Shown: piece by piece, positions 24,751 to 37,249 of the stretch | Layout: the number at the start of each line of letters is the position of its first letter | Position numbering within the stretch: the stretch's first letter is position 1 | Assembly (NCBI RefSeq): GCF_009914755.1 | Contig: NC_060930.1 | Origin: the human T2T-CHM13v2.0 reference genome, Homo sapiens | Strand: one strand, 5' to 3' | DNA length: 64,000 nt | Translations under genes and position numbers: made by a program | The notes under the pieces: generated by a model | The model's input: the letters and a program-made list of their open reading frames with translations, nothing else | What the model was told of the DNA's origin: nothing | Databases searched by the model: none

Positions 24751-26569
24751 AGGACCTAACTAATAATCTCAGGCTTTCAGTTCCTTGCTGATGGGCCTTG
24801 AAAATCCAGTTAATTACTCAGTGCCTTCCCTATCTATAATGTAAGGGTTCTCATACCCAACACACCTCCTGGTGTCGGGTGACTGGATGTAATAGAGCTT
24901 TGCAATCTATGGTGCACCATGCAAAGGAGTCAGTCCCTCACCTGGCTCTGCCAAAACAGGCATGCAGCTGGGAGGAGAGAAGTTTATAGCATCCCAAAGT
25001 GACGCCCTTCTGCAGCCATTTCTGACTGCCCACCTCACTCCTAAGTCCGTTTGCCTTCTGCTTCCACGTTTGCCTCTGCCCCTTGCCTCAGCTTCAGAGC
25101 CCCTCTGCAGTTCCCCCCAGATGTCCCTTACCAGCAAACCACTCCCTGGTTCTCACCCACTGAGGACCCTAGCATCTCTCTCTTCCAGCATCTCCTCTTA
25201 GTCAACCAGGCCCAACCTGTTGCCCTCATAAATTCCTGCTCACCCAGGCTCTACATCGTCTTTTCTGCTCTGCCCCCCATTCTCTCTTCTGTGAGCCTTC
25301 CCTGTGCTCCCATCCCTATCCAGATATTTGCCTCCAAAGCTGTCTTGTGGCTTTGTTTTCCAGCAGGAGTCATATAAGCACTCTGTTTTCTTCTTTTCTC
25401 AGGCACCCGTTACCATATTAGCATCTAATAAGTCCCTTGTACTACACAGAACACAAGGTGACATCATGTCTATGGGGAACAGAAAAGAATGTACTTACAA
25501 TAGGAAAGGGCTCGGAAGGGTAGAGCTGAGTGCCTGACAGTGCCTCAGTTTCCACACCTGCATCAAGGAGGCTCTGCAGCACAGGTGTCCTAGATTTTCC
25601 ATAACACCTCTCCAACTCCCCCACCCTCACCTTCCTGTCTTCCCCAGGATTGATGCATGGCCTTTGCAGAGAGGGCCTTGGGCTCCCCAGGAAGCAAGGA
25701 TGATCAAAAAAACAAGATCAGGACATCAACAGCTGGCACACAGGGGATTCTTAGAAGGCTAGAAAAATGTCACTTCCCCAGTCTCAGGCTACAACAGCTA
25801 TTTATCATCTTTACTCTTGGGGAACAGCCCTGAGAGGGAGCTGACCTTGAAGAAGGAGAGAATCACTTCTGGGGTGTCTGCCTACTGGGGTGCTGAGGGG
25901 AGCAAAGGATGGGAGGACAGGGTGGAAACTGGAGGAAAGTGGCAAGAAGACAAGGTCTCGGCTGTCTGGAGGCAACATTGACTCTACAACAGCGCGCCTA
26001 TAGATCCGTGTCCACCGAAAGGCTCTGTCACTGTCAGGGAAGCCCTGGAGACTGAGTGGAGGGAAATGGCATTGAAAGTGTAAGCAGGAGATGGGACACA
26101 GCTGGAAGGGTCTGTCACAGCCAGAGAGGTAAATAATGAGTCTCTCTGCCAAAAAGTCCAGTCTTCTGCCCTCAGGTCCTTCCTAATAATTGAATCTAAG
26201 CTGCATTCATGGCTGAAGGGGTCTACAATTAACACCCAGATTCAGACATGCCAGGGCCATTGGCGGAGAGTCCAGAGCCTGCAGGAGAGGATCCTGACAT
26301 ATTTATAAAGATATCCCTAGACATTTATTGGATATTTCTGCTTCCAGTCACCTGCACTGTGGCTGCCTTCACATACTTTTTTCCCCATATCTTTACAAAA
26401 AAAGCATGTAGACTTGCTCCCAAATGCAGATATATTCACATCTGAAAGTTCAGGCACCAAGATATCCAAGGACACTCGTTCTCACACATATGATCTCATG
26501 TGCTATGCACACACTCAGCTCACGCCCAGCCCACTCTGCGACACCCACATGGACAGGCAGCTGTACACA

Positions 26570-26840
26570 ATCACTATTTAGGTTCTTGGGGCATGGCAGT
26601 GAATGAAGCCAATCATGATCCCTGCCCTCAGGAAGCTCACATTCTGGGGCACCATCCACGGAGAGGCACAGACACTTTGCCTCTGACTCTTGCACACAGA
26701 CTTATTCAACATATACAGAGACTCTACACAAACATTTAAATAGTCCACAAACATTTATTGAGCACCTGCTACATTCCAGGAAGCATGCTTGGGACTAGAG
26801 ATATATCAGCAAGCAAGACCAGCATGGTTCCCATCCTCAG
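26570..26840 (-). mobile_element. Two L2 3'-end fragments
   Basis: gatccctgccctcaggaagctcacattct; caaacatttattgagcacctgctacattccagg. Confidence 0.65.
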
Positions 26841-27649
26841 ACACACCCAGAAAGGCACACTCCCAAACACAGGCTCAACAAATACACAAACCACTTATAC
26901 ACACGATTTCAAACACAAATCCGAAGGCATTTTTATGATGCCCCAGGTAGCAACTCACTTAGAATGAGGAAGGAGGAGGCCCTTTAAAGTTCAAAGTCAG
27001 AGCTGTACATTGTCCATTCCTCTACCAGGCTGTGTGTTCCTCTCCGTTCAACATCACATCATCTCCATCCCTCCCTATTGGGCCCATGGAATAGTTGAGG
27101 TGCAAGGGACTGCCTGCATCCTGGAGCCCCCATCTCCCCAGCCCTGATGATGCCGTTCAAGACATTTCCCAGGTTCCCCACTGTCAGGACGGGGCCAAGC
27201 ACAGACCCAGTGGCCGGGGATTTTTGCTGAGCCATTACATTACAACCGAGCCTGCTCCTTCCAGACATTTTTTTTTTTAAAGAATCAGAAATAACTTGGC
27301 CGTAAAAATGTGCTTTGGGCGGAAAGCTGACTCCCAGGGTCAGAGCCCAGGAGAAGATTTCTGCAACACAGTTTCAGGAAAAATAGCAGACACTCAGCAA
27401 TTTTTATTTTCCAAGGGATGAAGAGAAAATACAATTGGAGTGGATTTAGGGCTTCGCAGGGCTCCTCTTCAGGTTGCAATGTGTTCGTGGTTTCTCTCTT
27501 TTCCCCAGCTGGAGAGAGTGGCAGCAGAGAGTGTGGGCCGAGGGGAAAGTGGAAGTGCTGGGTCTGCTGCCTGACACCGCATGAGACCAGTGACCCACTC
27601 CCCCTTAGAGTGTGGCGAGTTTGTGCTGCAAGGTCAGAGGCTGATGGGC

Positions 27650-27890
27650 TGTGTTCAAGGTAGTAGGTCAGTGGGTTTGGAGCCATTGATTCAAGCTCAG
27701 ATCCCAGTTCTGCCTTCTACTGTGAGAGCAAGGTTTTTGAAAACCTTTCTGTGCCTCAGTTTTCTCATCTGGAAAATGGGAAGAACAGCAGCACCTACCT
27801 CACAAGGCCGTGGTGAGAATGAAAGAAATCTGCAGTTCGTATGTATTTCAATAGAGGAAGCTCTAATAACCCTTAGAAGATGGCTACTAC
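27650..27890 (+). mobile_element. MIR
   Basis: gatcccagttctgcc...ctgtgcctcagttttctcatctggaaaatgggaagaacagcagcacctacctcacaagg. Confidence 0.8.
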
Positions 27891-28071
27891 CTGCCTCCCA
27901 TCCTCTCCGTGGCAGGCCTCTCCAGCTCCCTGCCTGTGGGATGGATGCCCAGCACGAAAGCCCTCTTAGCCTCCACGACTGCAGACAGCAATGCCTGGGT
28001 CCTGGGCCCTCAGAGAAACCCCATCAGCCTGGTGTTCTCACAGGTTCTCCCCGGAGACCGGGAGGCTCTGC

Positions 28072-28400
28072 TGTGCTGACTACTCTGCCTGCCCCTCAGA
28101 GACTCCTTCACCCAGCTCTGTGTCCCAGGGGAAGGCCCCCTTGCCCTCTTATTTCCTGTCAGGTTTGGCCCATGGGATGTACCAGGAGAAGGCCACAGGG
28201 GACGTGGAGGGTGAGGCTGTTACTTCTGTGGCATTCCCTCTGGCTTCAGAGCCTCAGATCTGCTTCCTCCCTATCACTTCAGGCCGAGGGGCAGGCGGCT
28301 AATAGCTTGCATCACTGCAAGTCTTTGAGTGCCTCTCAGCCCTTGTTGATTCTGTCAGATCTGCCCACAGCTTTATAAAAAGTCCCTTCCTTAAAGATTC
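28072..28400 (+). mobile_element. LTR33-like ERVL solo LTR
   Basis: cacccagctctgtgtcccaggg...ccttgccctc...ggtttggcccatggga...ctgcccacagctttataaaaagtcccttccttaaa. Confidence 0.7.
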
Positions 28401-28439
28401 TGGAGAGGAGTGAAAGAAGCAGTGTACAAGGAAATAATC

Positions 28440-29200
28440 ATGGTTATACACAGAGGCTTTCATACAAGGATGTTCATCATAGTGTTGTTTGTAATAACGA
28501 AAGGTGGAAAGAAACTAAATGTCCAACCATCAGGCATTGGGTGAGTAAACCAGAGTAATCCAAACAGTGCACTGGACTGCAACTATTAAGAAAAATAATG
28601 TGCTACAAGAATATTCACCAATACTGGGGAATATTCACTACATGCCTCTAAGGAAAACAGTGGGCCTAGAAGACTATGGATGGACTATAGCATCAAAAAT
28701 AACATCTACAGGTTTGGAAAGAGAATGCATAGGAAGAAAATACACCAAAATGCCTACTGTGTTATCCTTGAAGATGTGAATGACGGGTGGTGGTATTTTT
28801 TTCCTTTTGTACGCTTCTGTGTTTTTTCACTTTTTTTTTTTTTTGCATTGAGCATATATTACTCTATTGATTAGAAAAGAAGTTATTGATAATACAGGTA
28901 CAACCATTAAAAATGACATTTTAAAATAATTTTTAACATCATGGGTAAATAAATGCTGTAAGATATTAAGTGAAAAAGCAAAAATTGCCCTCTCTTCATA
29001 CGCAGGTCATATGGACAAATGCCTACATATATATCTATCTGTCTAAAATAATATAAATATTATTTAGTATTATATATAATATTTTCATTTAAAAAGACTG
29101 GAAAAAAGCACAAAATGTTATCAGAGGTTTTCTAGGAAAGATATAGTTACGGGTAATCTTTTTACCCTTGCCTGCACTTTCCAATTTCCTATCATAAGCA
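28440..29200 (+). mobile_element. Old L1M (L1ME-like) 3' fragments
   Basis: tacaaggatgttcatcatagtgttgtttgtaata...ctaaatgtccaac; aaaagactggaaaaaagcacaaaatgtta. Confidence 0.75.
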
Positions 29201-29208
29201 TTGATTTT

Positions 29209-29500
29209 ATTTTTTTTAAGACAGGGTCTCACTCTGTCACCCAGGCTGGAGTGCAGTGGCATACTCATAGCTCACTGAGGCCTTGATCTCCTGGGCTCAA
29301 GAAATCTTCCCATCAGCCTCTCAAGTACCTGGGACTACAGGTGCCCATCACCGTGCCTGGCTAATTTTTTTTTTTTTTTAATTTTTAGCAGAGACAGGGT
29401 TTCATTATGCTGCCCAGGCTGGTCTTAAACTCCTGAGTTCGAGCAATCCTCCTGCCTTGCCCTCCTAAAGTACTGGGATTTACAGCCACCACATCCAGTC
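29209..29500 (-). mobile_element. AluJ
   Basis: agacagggtctcactctgtcacccaggctggagtgcagtggc...catagctcactg...ctcctgggctcaag; degenerate TSD agcattgatttt/accactgatttt. Confidence 0.93.
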
Positions 29501-29934
29501 ACCACTGATTTTTAAATAATCAGATTAATATTTTACATTTAGAAAATCTAGGGCACTTGAAGCCAAAATATTCCAGGGTATGGATTCAGCCACGTGCCAG
29601 CGTGCCTCTCTCTGCCTTCAATACACTGGCTTGGATGTCTCCGCCTACAAAAGATGAAGCCAGACACTCTTGTGAGCATGGCAAAGTGGGGTGCAAAAGC
29701 CCTCATGGAATCAGAGATCTGAGCCCACGGGGAGTGGAGCCAAACAGGGAGCAGAGAGCCACGCATCCTCGGTAGCCTGAACATTCCACCTTGTTGATGT
29801 GCATTTTGTCATTAGTGACTTCATGAAGCATGTCCTGACTCCACACACCCTGTACCAAGCCCAGTGGAGACCCAGAGAGGGTGTCATCTGCTGGGGAGAC
29901 AGACAGACAACTGCAAAGGAAAGCAGCACTGCAG

Positions 29935-30120
29935 TGTTAATACAGTAAAAATAACTACCTTTCCACTTCTGTAGGGCCTTGCTGGGTTTAGAGCACCCTG
30001 TCTTTGCTACTTCATTGAATGCCCACAGCAGCCCTAGAGGGGAGTGTCATTATCCCCACTTTGCTGGTGAAGAAGATGAAGCCCACAGAACTTCAGTGAG
30101 TTGCCCTGGACTAACCTAGA
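29935..30120 (-). mobile_element. MIR
   Basis: tcattgaatgcccacagcagccctagagg...attatccccactttgc...gtgagttgccc. Confidence 0.6.
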
Positions 30121-30599
30121 ATATGAGAGATGCCATAGAGCCTTCAGATGTGTGCGCCCAGCCGGCACCCAGAGCCAGGGTGGTGTAGGTCATCTCCGAG
30201 GGCTTCAAGGAGGATTGAAGGGAGGGAGGATTTCAGAGGCAGAATGGAAGTCCTTTGGGTGAAAATGGCTGTCAGGACAAGTCATAAAAGACACGAAGGC
30301 TGAAGTTACAAGCCCTTGGAAAATTTTTGCCTATGTCTACAGGAGGAGTGCGCCCATGCACAGGAGTCTCAGCTCATCCCTCCCCTCCCTCCATGCTGGA
30401 AGCTGGCAGCAGGGCACTAGCTCCTGACTCCTGTCCTTCCTGGAACGATGGGGAATTGGAAGGCAAGTCACAAATGGGACATTCACTCAACAATTGATGA
30501 GTGTCCTTTGAATACGACTATGTGTCAATGCTCTATTCACTCTCCTGTCTCCCAGAGCCCAGACAGTGACTAGAACCTAAGTCCTCAGAGAGTTTCTGT

Positions 30600-31950
30600 G
30601 GGTGGGTGATTGACTACCTGCACTATGCTGTGTTAGGCACTGGGTTGCCCAGTGGGGCCCAGACAGACATGGCACCTGCCCCCATACAGCTTAGAGTCGA
30701 GCGTTGGGGCAGAAATGATCAGACAGCCACATTAGGTGATGAGGCTCCCAGCCCAGGAAGAGCTCTGAAGCTAGGACAGTTGTCATAGAACCACAAAGGA
30801 GAAAAATCACAAAGGAGCTGAGATTGGAGATTCAGCATGCCAGCAGTGAGAGGATAATCTGGACAGAGAGAACAGCATGTTCCAAGACTGTATCAGGGAG
30901 GAAGCACAGTGAATTCTGGGGACTGGGAGGCCATGGAACCTAGAGAGCAAGGACAGGGCAGAGGGTGGGTGACAAAGATGGAGGTTGGGTGGGCCAGCCA
31001 TGCAGGGCCACGAGGGCCAGGTCTCGGATATGGAGATGATCTCACAAACAACAGAAAACCAACAGAGGGTTCAGTGGGGTTAGGATGGCAGAGAGGGTGA
31101 CATGATTAGAGTTTTGGTGTGGAAATTGGATCAAGCAGGACAGCAGTGGAGCTGACAGAACAGTCGGGAGGCTGTAGTGAAAGAACTGGAGAGAGATCAG
31201 TTCTCCCACAGCTACTCAGGAAAACTGACTAGTCGCAGTAATGGAGAGACTGTAGTGGGGGAGCAGAGGGAAGTGCCCACAGTGACACTTAGCTGCTCAC
31301 TGGTGCAGCCGATGGAGGGCGGTCCTCTGGGACACAGAGCCATGCAAGAAGACCACCATTGCTGGAGAAGCCCACAAGCTCTATTGTAGACAGGTAGCGT
31401 TTGGGGACTTTTAAGACATCCAAGAAGAGATCCTGAGTAGAGTTGACAGTGCAGATCGGAGCTCAAGAGAAGTCTTGGTAGGAGACACAAATCTGTAGAT
31501 AATCCACATATGGGTAGGAAATGAAGGCCAAGAACAGATGAGATTGCCCAGGGAGAGGGTAGAGCACTGGGCCTTGTGGAGCCCAACACCAGTATGTGCC
31601 AAGGTGCAGCCAAAGATTCAGGGCGTGCCATTGGAGGCAAGGGAAGCAGGTGCTCCTGGAAGGACGAGGTTGGTGGTAGAGTCAAATGCTGCTGAGAAGT
31701 CAGATAAGAAGAGGACTTTACTATGCTCGTTGGATGTAAAGACACAGAGGCTACCAGTGACACTAGGAAAAGCCCCTGTGCTGGAAAGATGGGGTGAAGG
31801 CCCATTCAGAAAGGCTGGAGGAGTTATGGAATGGAGGCAAAAAAAAAAAAAGAGGCAATTCTAAGATGTTCATGCAGGGGTGGCGAGAGATAGGAGGGTC
31901 GCCAGAGGGCTTGTGGCATTAAGGGGGAAGCAGTTCACTTCCTAGAATAA
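30600..31950 (-). mobile_element. L2 LINE remnant
   Basis: tgctgtgttaggcactggg...agacatggcacctgccccc; agacatccaagaagagatcctgagtagagttg; gagtcaaatgctgctgagaagtcagataagaagaggac. Confidence 0.8.
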
Positions 31951-32074
31951 ATGGGTTCAGGGCTGGGGTAAGGGCCTCCCTCAGAAAGACCAATGCAGAC
32001 AGCAGAAGAGACCCGCCCAGAACCATTCCAAGGCTGGTTGTTGCATCTTGCCCATAAGAGACCAGTAAAAGCTG

Positions 32075-32300
32075 GAATGACTTAGGAGTAAAAGCTAGAA
32101 TTTTCCAATTGGTCCTGGATTCAGTCACTTAGTAGCTGTGTGACCTTGGGAAAGTTACTTAACTTCTCTGGGATAAGGAACTTTCTTTCTCTGATGAGGA
32201 ACTTTAGTTTCCTCATCTGTAAATTGGAATAATCACAGGACGATCTTAAACATGAAAGGCTTAGCACAGTGCCTGGCACACACCATGTGCCCAAAAACAC
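32075..32300 (+). mobile_element. MIR with short internal duplication
   Basis: cacttagtagctgtgtgaccttgggaaagttacttaacttctctg...agtttcctcatctgtaaattgg...gcttagcacagtgcctggcaca. Confidence 0.85.
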
Positions 32301-33526
32301 AATTCTAACCAATCCTCCGGTCACAACAAAGTAACCACTGTCATACTAAAGAAGTGGGCGTATGAGGAAATCAGGATGGTCATGACTCATTATGAGGGTG
32401 GGAACAGGAATGAGAAAAGAAGCACATTCTGGAGCTGTGGGCAAATGAGAGCCTCCTCCCCAAGAAATCCACTTGAGCCATGGACAGTGAAGGTCAGAAG
32501 GAAACAGTACAGAAATGTATATGGAAAGACCTCTTGAAGGGCTTGAACCTGAAGCCCAGCTAGAAATCACCTGCTCTCACCAAGACCAAGAAACAGGTGT
32601 GGAGTGAGTCACGGCCAGCCTCACTCTCCAGCCCTTTTCAATTTCCAAAGCTCTTTCGTATACAGAATCACCTTTGATATTATAGTAGCTTGGTTTCACA
32701 TGTGTGTGCGAGTTACAATGACCAAAGGCACACTAGGGAGCTGTGAGTACAGCGTTGGGTCTGAAACCAGGGTCACTCTACCTGAGACTAAAGCTCCTGT
32801 CCCTAAAAACTGCCCTCCTTTGCTGGATGGGCAAACCCCTCACTCTGTCAAAGCAATTTCACACTGAACCATTTCTAGAGTGTGTGATGTGATGATGGCA
32901 GAGGGCAGAGGTGAAGACTACGAGCCTAGATCTTTGGAGGGGACAGTTGCCCGTGGCCTCGGCAAAGCAGCCAGTGGGCTCTGTCTGCACGGGCCCTGTG
33001 TGGCAGGTTTCTTCTGGTTCAGGTGGGCATCTGTGATTGTTTATAACCTGTCAGTGGGGTCTCCCGGGATTCTGTGGGGGCGGGGGACAAGGTGCTAGTC
33101 GGTGAGATCCCTAACATGAGAAAATAGCCTCATAGCCAGTCTAATTACCACTTTCCACAAGGAATTTCACCGTGCGTGCTCGTTTGCTTTTTAATCATCC
33201 TCTAAATATACATTTTCACGTTATATCCTAATGGCACCCAGAGAATCATTAGGATCTGTTGGGACCATAATCCATGGTTTCGGAAGTCTCTAAGTATGTA
33301 ATTTCGCTCCATGACGCAGGTTTCTAAAAGTCCGCAAATAACCATTTGCATGATAAAGTCACAACTCTAAAGTCAATTACAGCTACAGCTGGAGAGAATT
33401 TATTTCCTTTTTGAAAATTAAAACATGAAATTGGGAAGTTGCCACACAAAGCCTTCCCTTGCCTGGGTGGGATGAGGAAACAGAATCTGGCCCTTTCCGC
33501 TACCCCTCATCGTGGGGTGGAGGCCC

Positions 33527-33536
33527 TGATTGACAG
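33527..33536 (+). promoter_or_regulatory. PBX-MEIS/PREP decameric site
   Basis: TGATTGACAG, exact TALE heterodimer consensus, beside an AT-rich repeat-free island. Confidence 0.45.
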
Positions 33537-34664
33537 GGAGCAGCTCTTTCATAATCACTGGGTAGCCTAGGGCAGGGGCCTCTAGGGTGGCACTCAGTGG
33601 AGTTGGCTGTGGGACTTTGCCTCACACAGGTCTCACCTATCTTCCCCCCATGTCTTAAGATCATGCCTCCTGGCAGGGGTTGGGGGGTCCCACCTGTGAC
33701 TCCCCAGGATGGGTCTCCTCAGCTTGGCTGGCTTAGCCAGCTGGCCAGCTAGAGATCCAAGGCACGTGGAGATGGGCAGGGGTCTGGGGCTCAAATGACC
33801 TTGACATGAGACAGTGTGGCCAAGTGTGCACTGGAATGAATGAACCCACTGTTCCCCATCTCAATATTCAGGATCCTGCAGGCTGGGCCTGAGCTCTGAG
33901 GGCCCTCCAGTGAGGGGCCTAGATCTTTCAAGGAGCCTGGGCATGGCTTGGAACTGTCACCATTTCTACAACATCAGGACTAGACGCACTTTAGAAAGCT
34001 TCTTATTCCAGCATTCTCAAAGTGCAGAAGGAAGGAAAGCTTCTCTGCCAAGGTCACACCAGTAAAGGGCAGTAAAGTGGGTGTCTACACCCGCTTCCCT
34101 CCCTCTTAGAATAAGCCGTGTCATGGAACCTGGCAGTCCCACCACAAGTCATCAGAATAAAAACCATCCGGGTGGATTTCTGCTCTCTTTTCATGTGGAG
34201 ATTTGTGCAGGAACTTGAACTGAAAGCAGAGTTCTGACCAGAATGAATCTGCTGGCTCTTTGAAGCATGAATGGAACTATTCGAAAAAAGAAAAAAATAT
34301 AAGGATACCCTCAGAAATCATGTTCACTGGAGTCAAATCTACATTCTATATATTCTAGAACTGTGACGCTAGGAGTGGAGCCTTGATCTAGTCTCCAGTC
34401 TTAACTGCTACTTTATTTAGTTGGTATTTAGGATCATGAGGAAGGTGCATTCATCAATGGAAGGTGCTAGCATGCTGGCGGGTTCCCCAGGCATGTTCCT
34501 ATATGCCCTGCAAATCAGACTGTGTGGTGGTTTGCCCCCGTTGTTAAGCCTCACTGTCCCAGACCTATTGGAAGATGTCTCTTCCAATATGTCACTGTCC
34601 CCAAAGCTGGGATCAACCATGCCTCACTTTAAGAAGGAGCCCAGGATAGGGACGGTGGGAATTC

Positions 34665-34900
34665 ATTGACCAGGAGTTTGCAGTTCTGGCCCTGACACTG
34701 CCAGTAACTGGCCTTGCAAATCTGGGCATCTCATTTCTGCTCTGAGCCTCAGCTTCCTCAGATGCCAAATGGGACCCTAATTTACCCAGCAGGGATGTAA
34801 AGCTGAAAAAAAAAGACCACAGAATTTTGTAGTTTTATACCTGTAAAGGGGAACAGTTTTCAAATTATAAAGTACTAGACAGATCAAGAGCCATTATTAA
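34665..34900 (+). mobile_element. MIR
   Basis: ttctggccctgacactg...ctctgagcctcagcttcctcagatgccaaatggg. Confidence 0.6.
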
Positions 34901-35221
34901 TTTAGAAAGCATGGCAATGATGTCAGGTAATCGTGCTTAAATGGTATTGATTGTTTCCGCTCCCCGCGTGGATGACGTCCTCCGCCCTTGGATGTGGAGT
35001 CAGGATCCTGGGGATGGATGCCAACTCAACTCAGCCTGGCATCTCTACTAGACCGTAAGAGCCTTGACTCATCTGGCACATGGTGGGTTCTTAATAAACG
35101 TCTACTGACACGTCAAACTAGTCTCAGAGCCAGACTAATATTGCCTTGGTTTAGTTCATGATCTAAAAGGGGATTTTTTTTACCTGTCTTCTGTACCCTA
35201 ACAAAACACAGATGGGGTTTT

Positions 35222-35440
35222 GATTACCACTGTTTATTGAGTGCTTATTCTGTGTCAGACATGACACTAAACCCTGAACACACAGTGTCTCGTTTAATCT
35301 TCACAATGCCTTGCTGAGAGAGGGCTGAGCTTCAGAAACAGGCTCAGAGAAGTCAAGTGACATAGATCGTATAAGTGGGACATGGGAGTGCGGATTAAAG
35401 GTGGAGGGCTCTGAAGACCCTGCTCTTAACCTCAGTGCCA
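35222..35440 (-). mobile_element. MIR
   Basis: tttattgagtgcttattctgtgtcagac...ctcgtttaatcttcacaa...aggctcagagaagtcaagtgac. Confidence 0.8.
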
Positions 35441-36409
35441 AAGGGCCTTCTTTTTTAAGGTTGGGCAGGCCGTTGGGACCCTTGGAACCTCAGTTTTCTC
35501 CTCTGAAAATTGGGAAGAATGATGCCCTCACCTGTTTTGGAGGGGAAAATGCCTAGTCCAGCATCTGGCACACTGTAAGTGTCAAGAAATGCTGGCGACA
35601 GCTTGTTTTGTTTGGATTTGCTGTTTTGATCATGCCTCTTGTAGATTTGAAACGACCTACTCACAAAATACACAGGCCCTGAAATGTTTCAGATTCTATC
35701 TGAATCTGATTAAACCTCAAGCCAAAACTCAGAGACAAGCACTATGATTCTTATGCTATGATGACAGTAAGATGAATAATGGCTAACAAATGTGTGCCTT
35801 TTATGACATTGTATGCATGTCATAGCTGTCCTCAAGGTGGGAGCCTCTGCCCCAGTGGAAAGGTGAGGAAACTGAGGCAGGGAGTGGGCCAGTAACCTGC
35901 AGCACAGCACAGAGTTAACAGCAAAGTCTCAGGACTCTGAGTGAGACAGTGCCCAAGCCTAGCTCTGTTCCTTCACCAGCCGTCACCTTGGGCTAGTTAC
36001 CTCCCCTCCAAGCCCTCACCTCCACCTAAACTTGAATCTGATTATTTTTGCAAAGTGCTGGACACAGTGGCTTGTATCTAGTACCACTCTACAAATTTTA
36101 ATAGCTCTTAGTTTTTCTGCCCAGGACATGCTGCAGGTAAGGGGCAGATCAGGGCTTTGGCCTCCTGCCAGCCATCCTGCAGTGCCCACTCTGGTCTCTC
36201 TCTGCTCATCTCCCACCCCACAGCTTCCCACTGTAGCTGCATCACTCTCCCTGCTCTCTTTCCTTCCTCTGCTCATGAATGCAGGAGATGGGGGTTTCTG
36301 GAGGGGTCTGATCAGCAGTGGGTGGTGGGGGGGATCCACCCAAGAGGACCCTGGTATTTTCTCTGTGCCTGAAGAGGCTCTGCTCCCTGCACCTAGGTCT
36401 CCAGCAGTA

Positions 36410-36660
36410 CAGACTCAGGAGCCCACTTAGATTCAAATTCTTGTTCTACTGCATACTAGTGGGTCACCTCGAGCAAGGTACTTTACTCCTCCATGCCTCC
36501 ATTTCCTTTCCGGAAAATGCAATTGACAAAAGTACCTATTTTTAAGGGTTGGCATAGGTAGTAAAAGACTTAATACATGTAAGACACATAAAGCTGTGCT
36601 TGGCATGACATTAGTGTTCCATAAATGCTCAAATATGCCGGTGGAACTAATAGTAATAGT
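36410..36660 (+). mobile_element. MIR
   Basis: agattcaaattcttgttctactgcatactag...ctccatgcctccatttcctttccggaaaatg...taatacatgtaag. Confidence 0.75.
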
Positions 36661-37249
36661 AACAGCAGAAGCAGAGTCTTACCCGAAGCCTGGGCTCTCC
36701 CCACTCAACACACTGTCTTAGCACTGACTCTGCTAACGACCACATCATGATCTTGGATATGCCATGGGCCCTCTCTGGACCTCATTCTCACATCCATGCA
36801 ATGATTGGGTTGATAAGATCATCTCCAGGGCTCCTTCTATTCCAGGACTTTGAAATCCCTTCCTTATAAGGACTATGGCAACCAGTGGGGCCTATCCTCC
36901 TTCCACCTGTGAGGTCTGCACTAGAGATGTGTGGGGAGGTGGATTATTCACTCATGCACCCATCCACTCAGTCTGTCAACAAATATTTTGGAGTGCCTGC
37001 CACTGACAAAACAGGCTCTCTCTTTCTCAATGACCTAGCCAAGGATGACACACTCCACATAACTTCCTTCCCAAATTCTGATAGAACCTCTCACTTGCTT
37101 TCTATGAATAATCTTGTTCTCTTAACACACATAAGTTCCTGCCCATATCCCCCAAGGTGGGATCACTCATGGGACAGAGCATGGGCTCTGTGTCTAGCAA
37201 GCCTGGTTTGACTGTCACCTTTCACACTCAGTAGTTCTGAGATGTCGGG

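Noticed and set aside
27581-28378. Longest ORF (265 aa)
   Set aside because: Runs through a MIR (LCLSFLIWKMG is the typical MIR translation) and an LTR33-like element; no recognisable domain.
31212-31805. 197-aa ORF
   Set aside because: Lies in a decayed L2; not an intact ORF2 or a host gene.
22420-31950. Oppositely oriented long L2 remnants as an inverted repeat
   Set aside because: Independent ancient insertions, too diverged and ~6 kb apart; no shared flanks seen.
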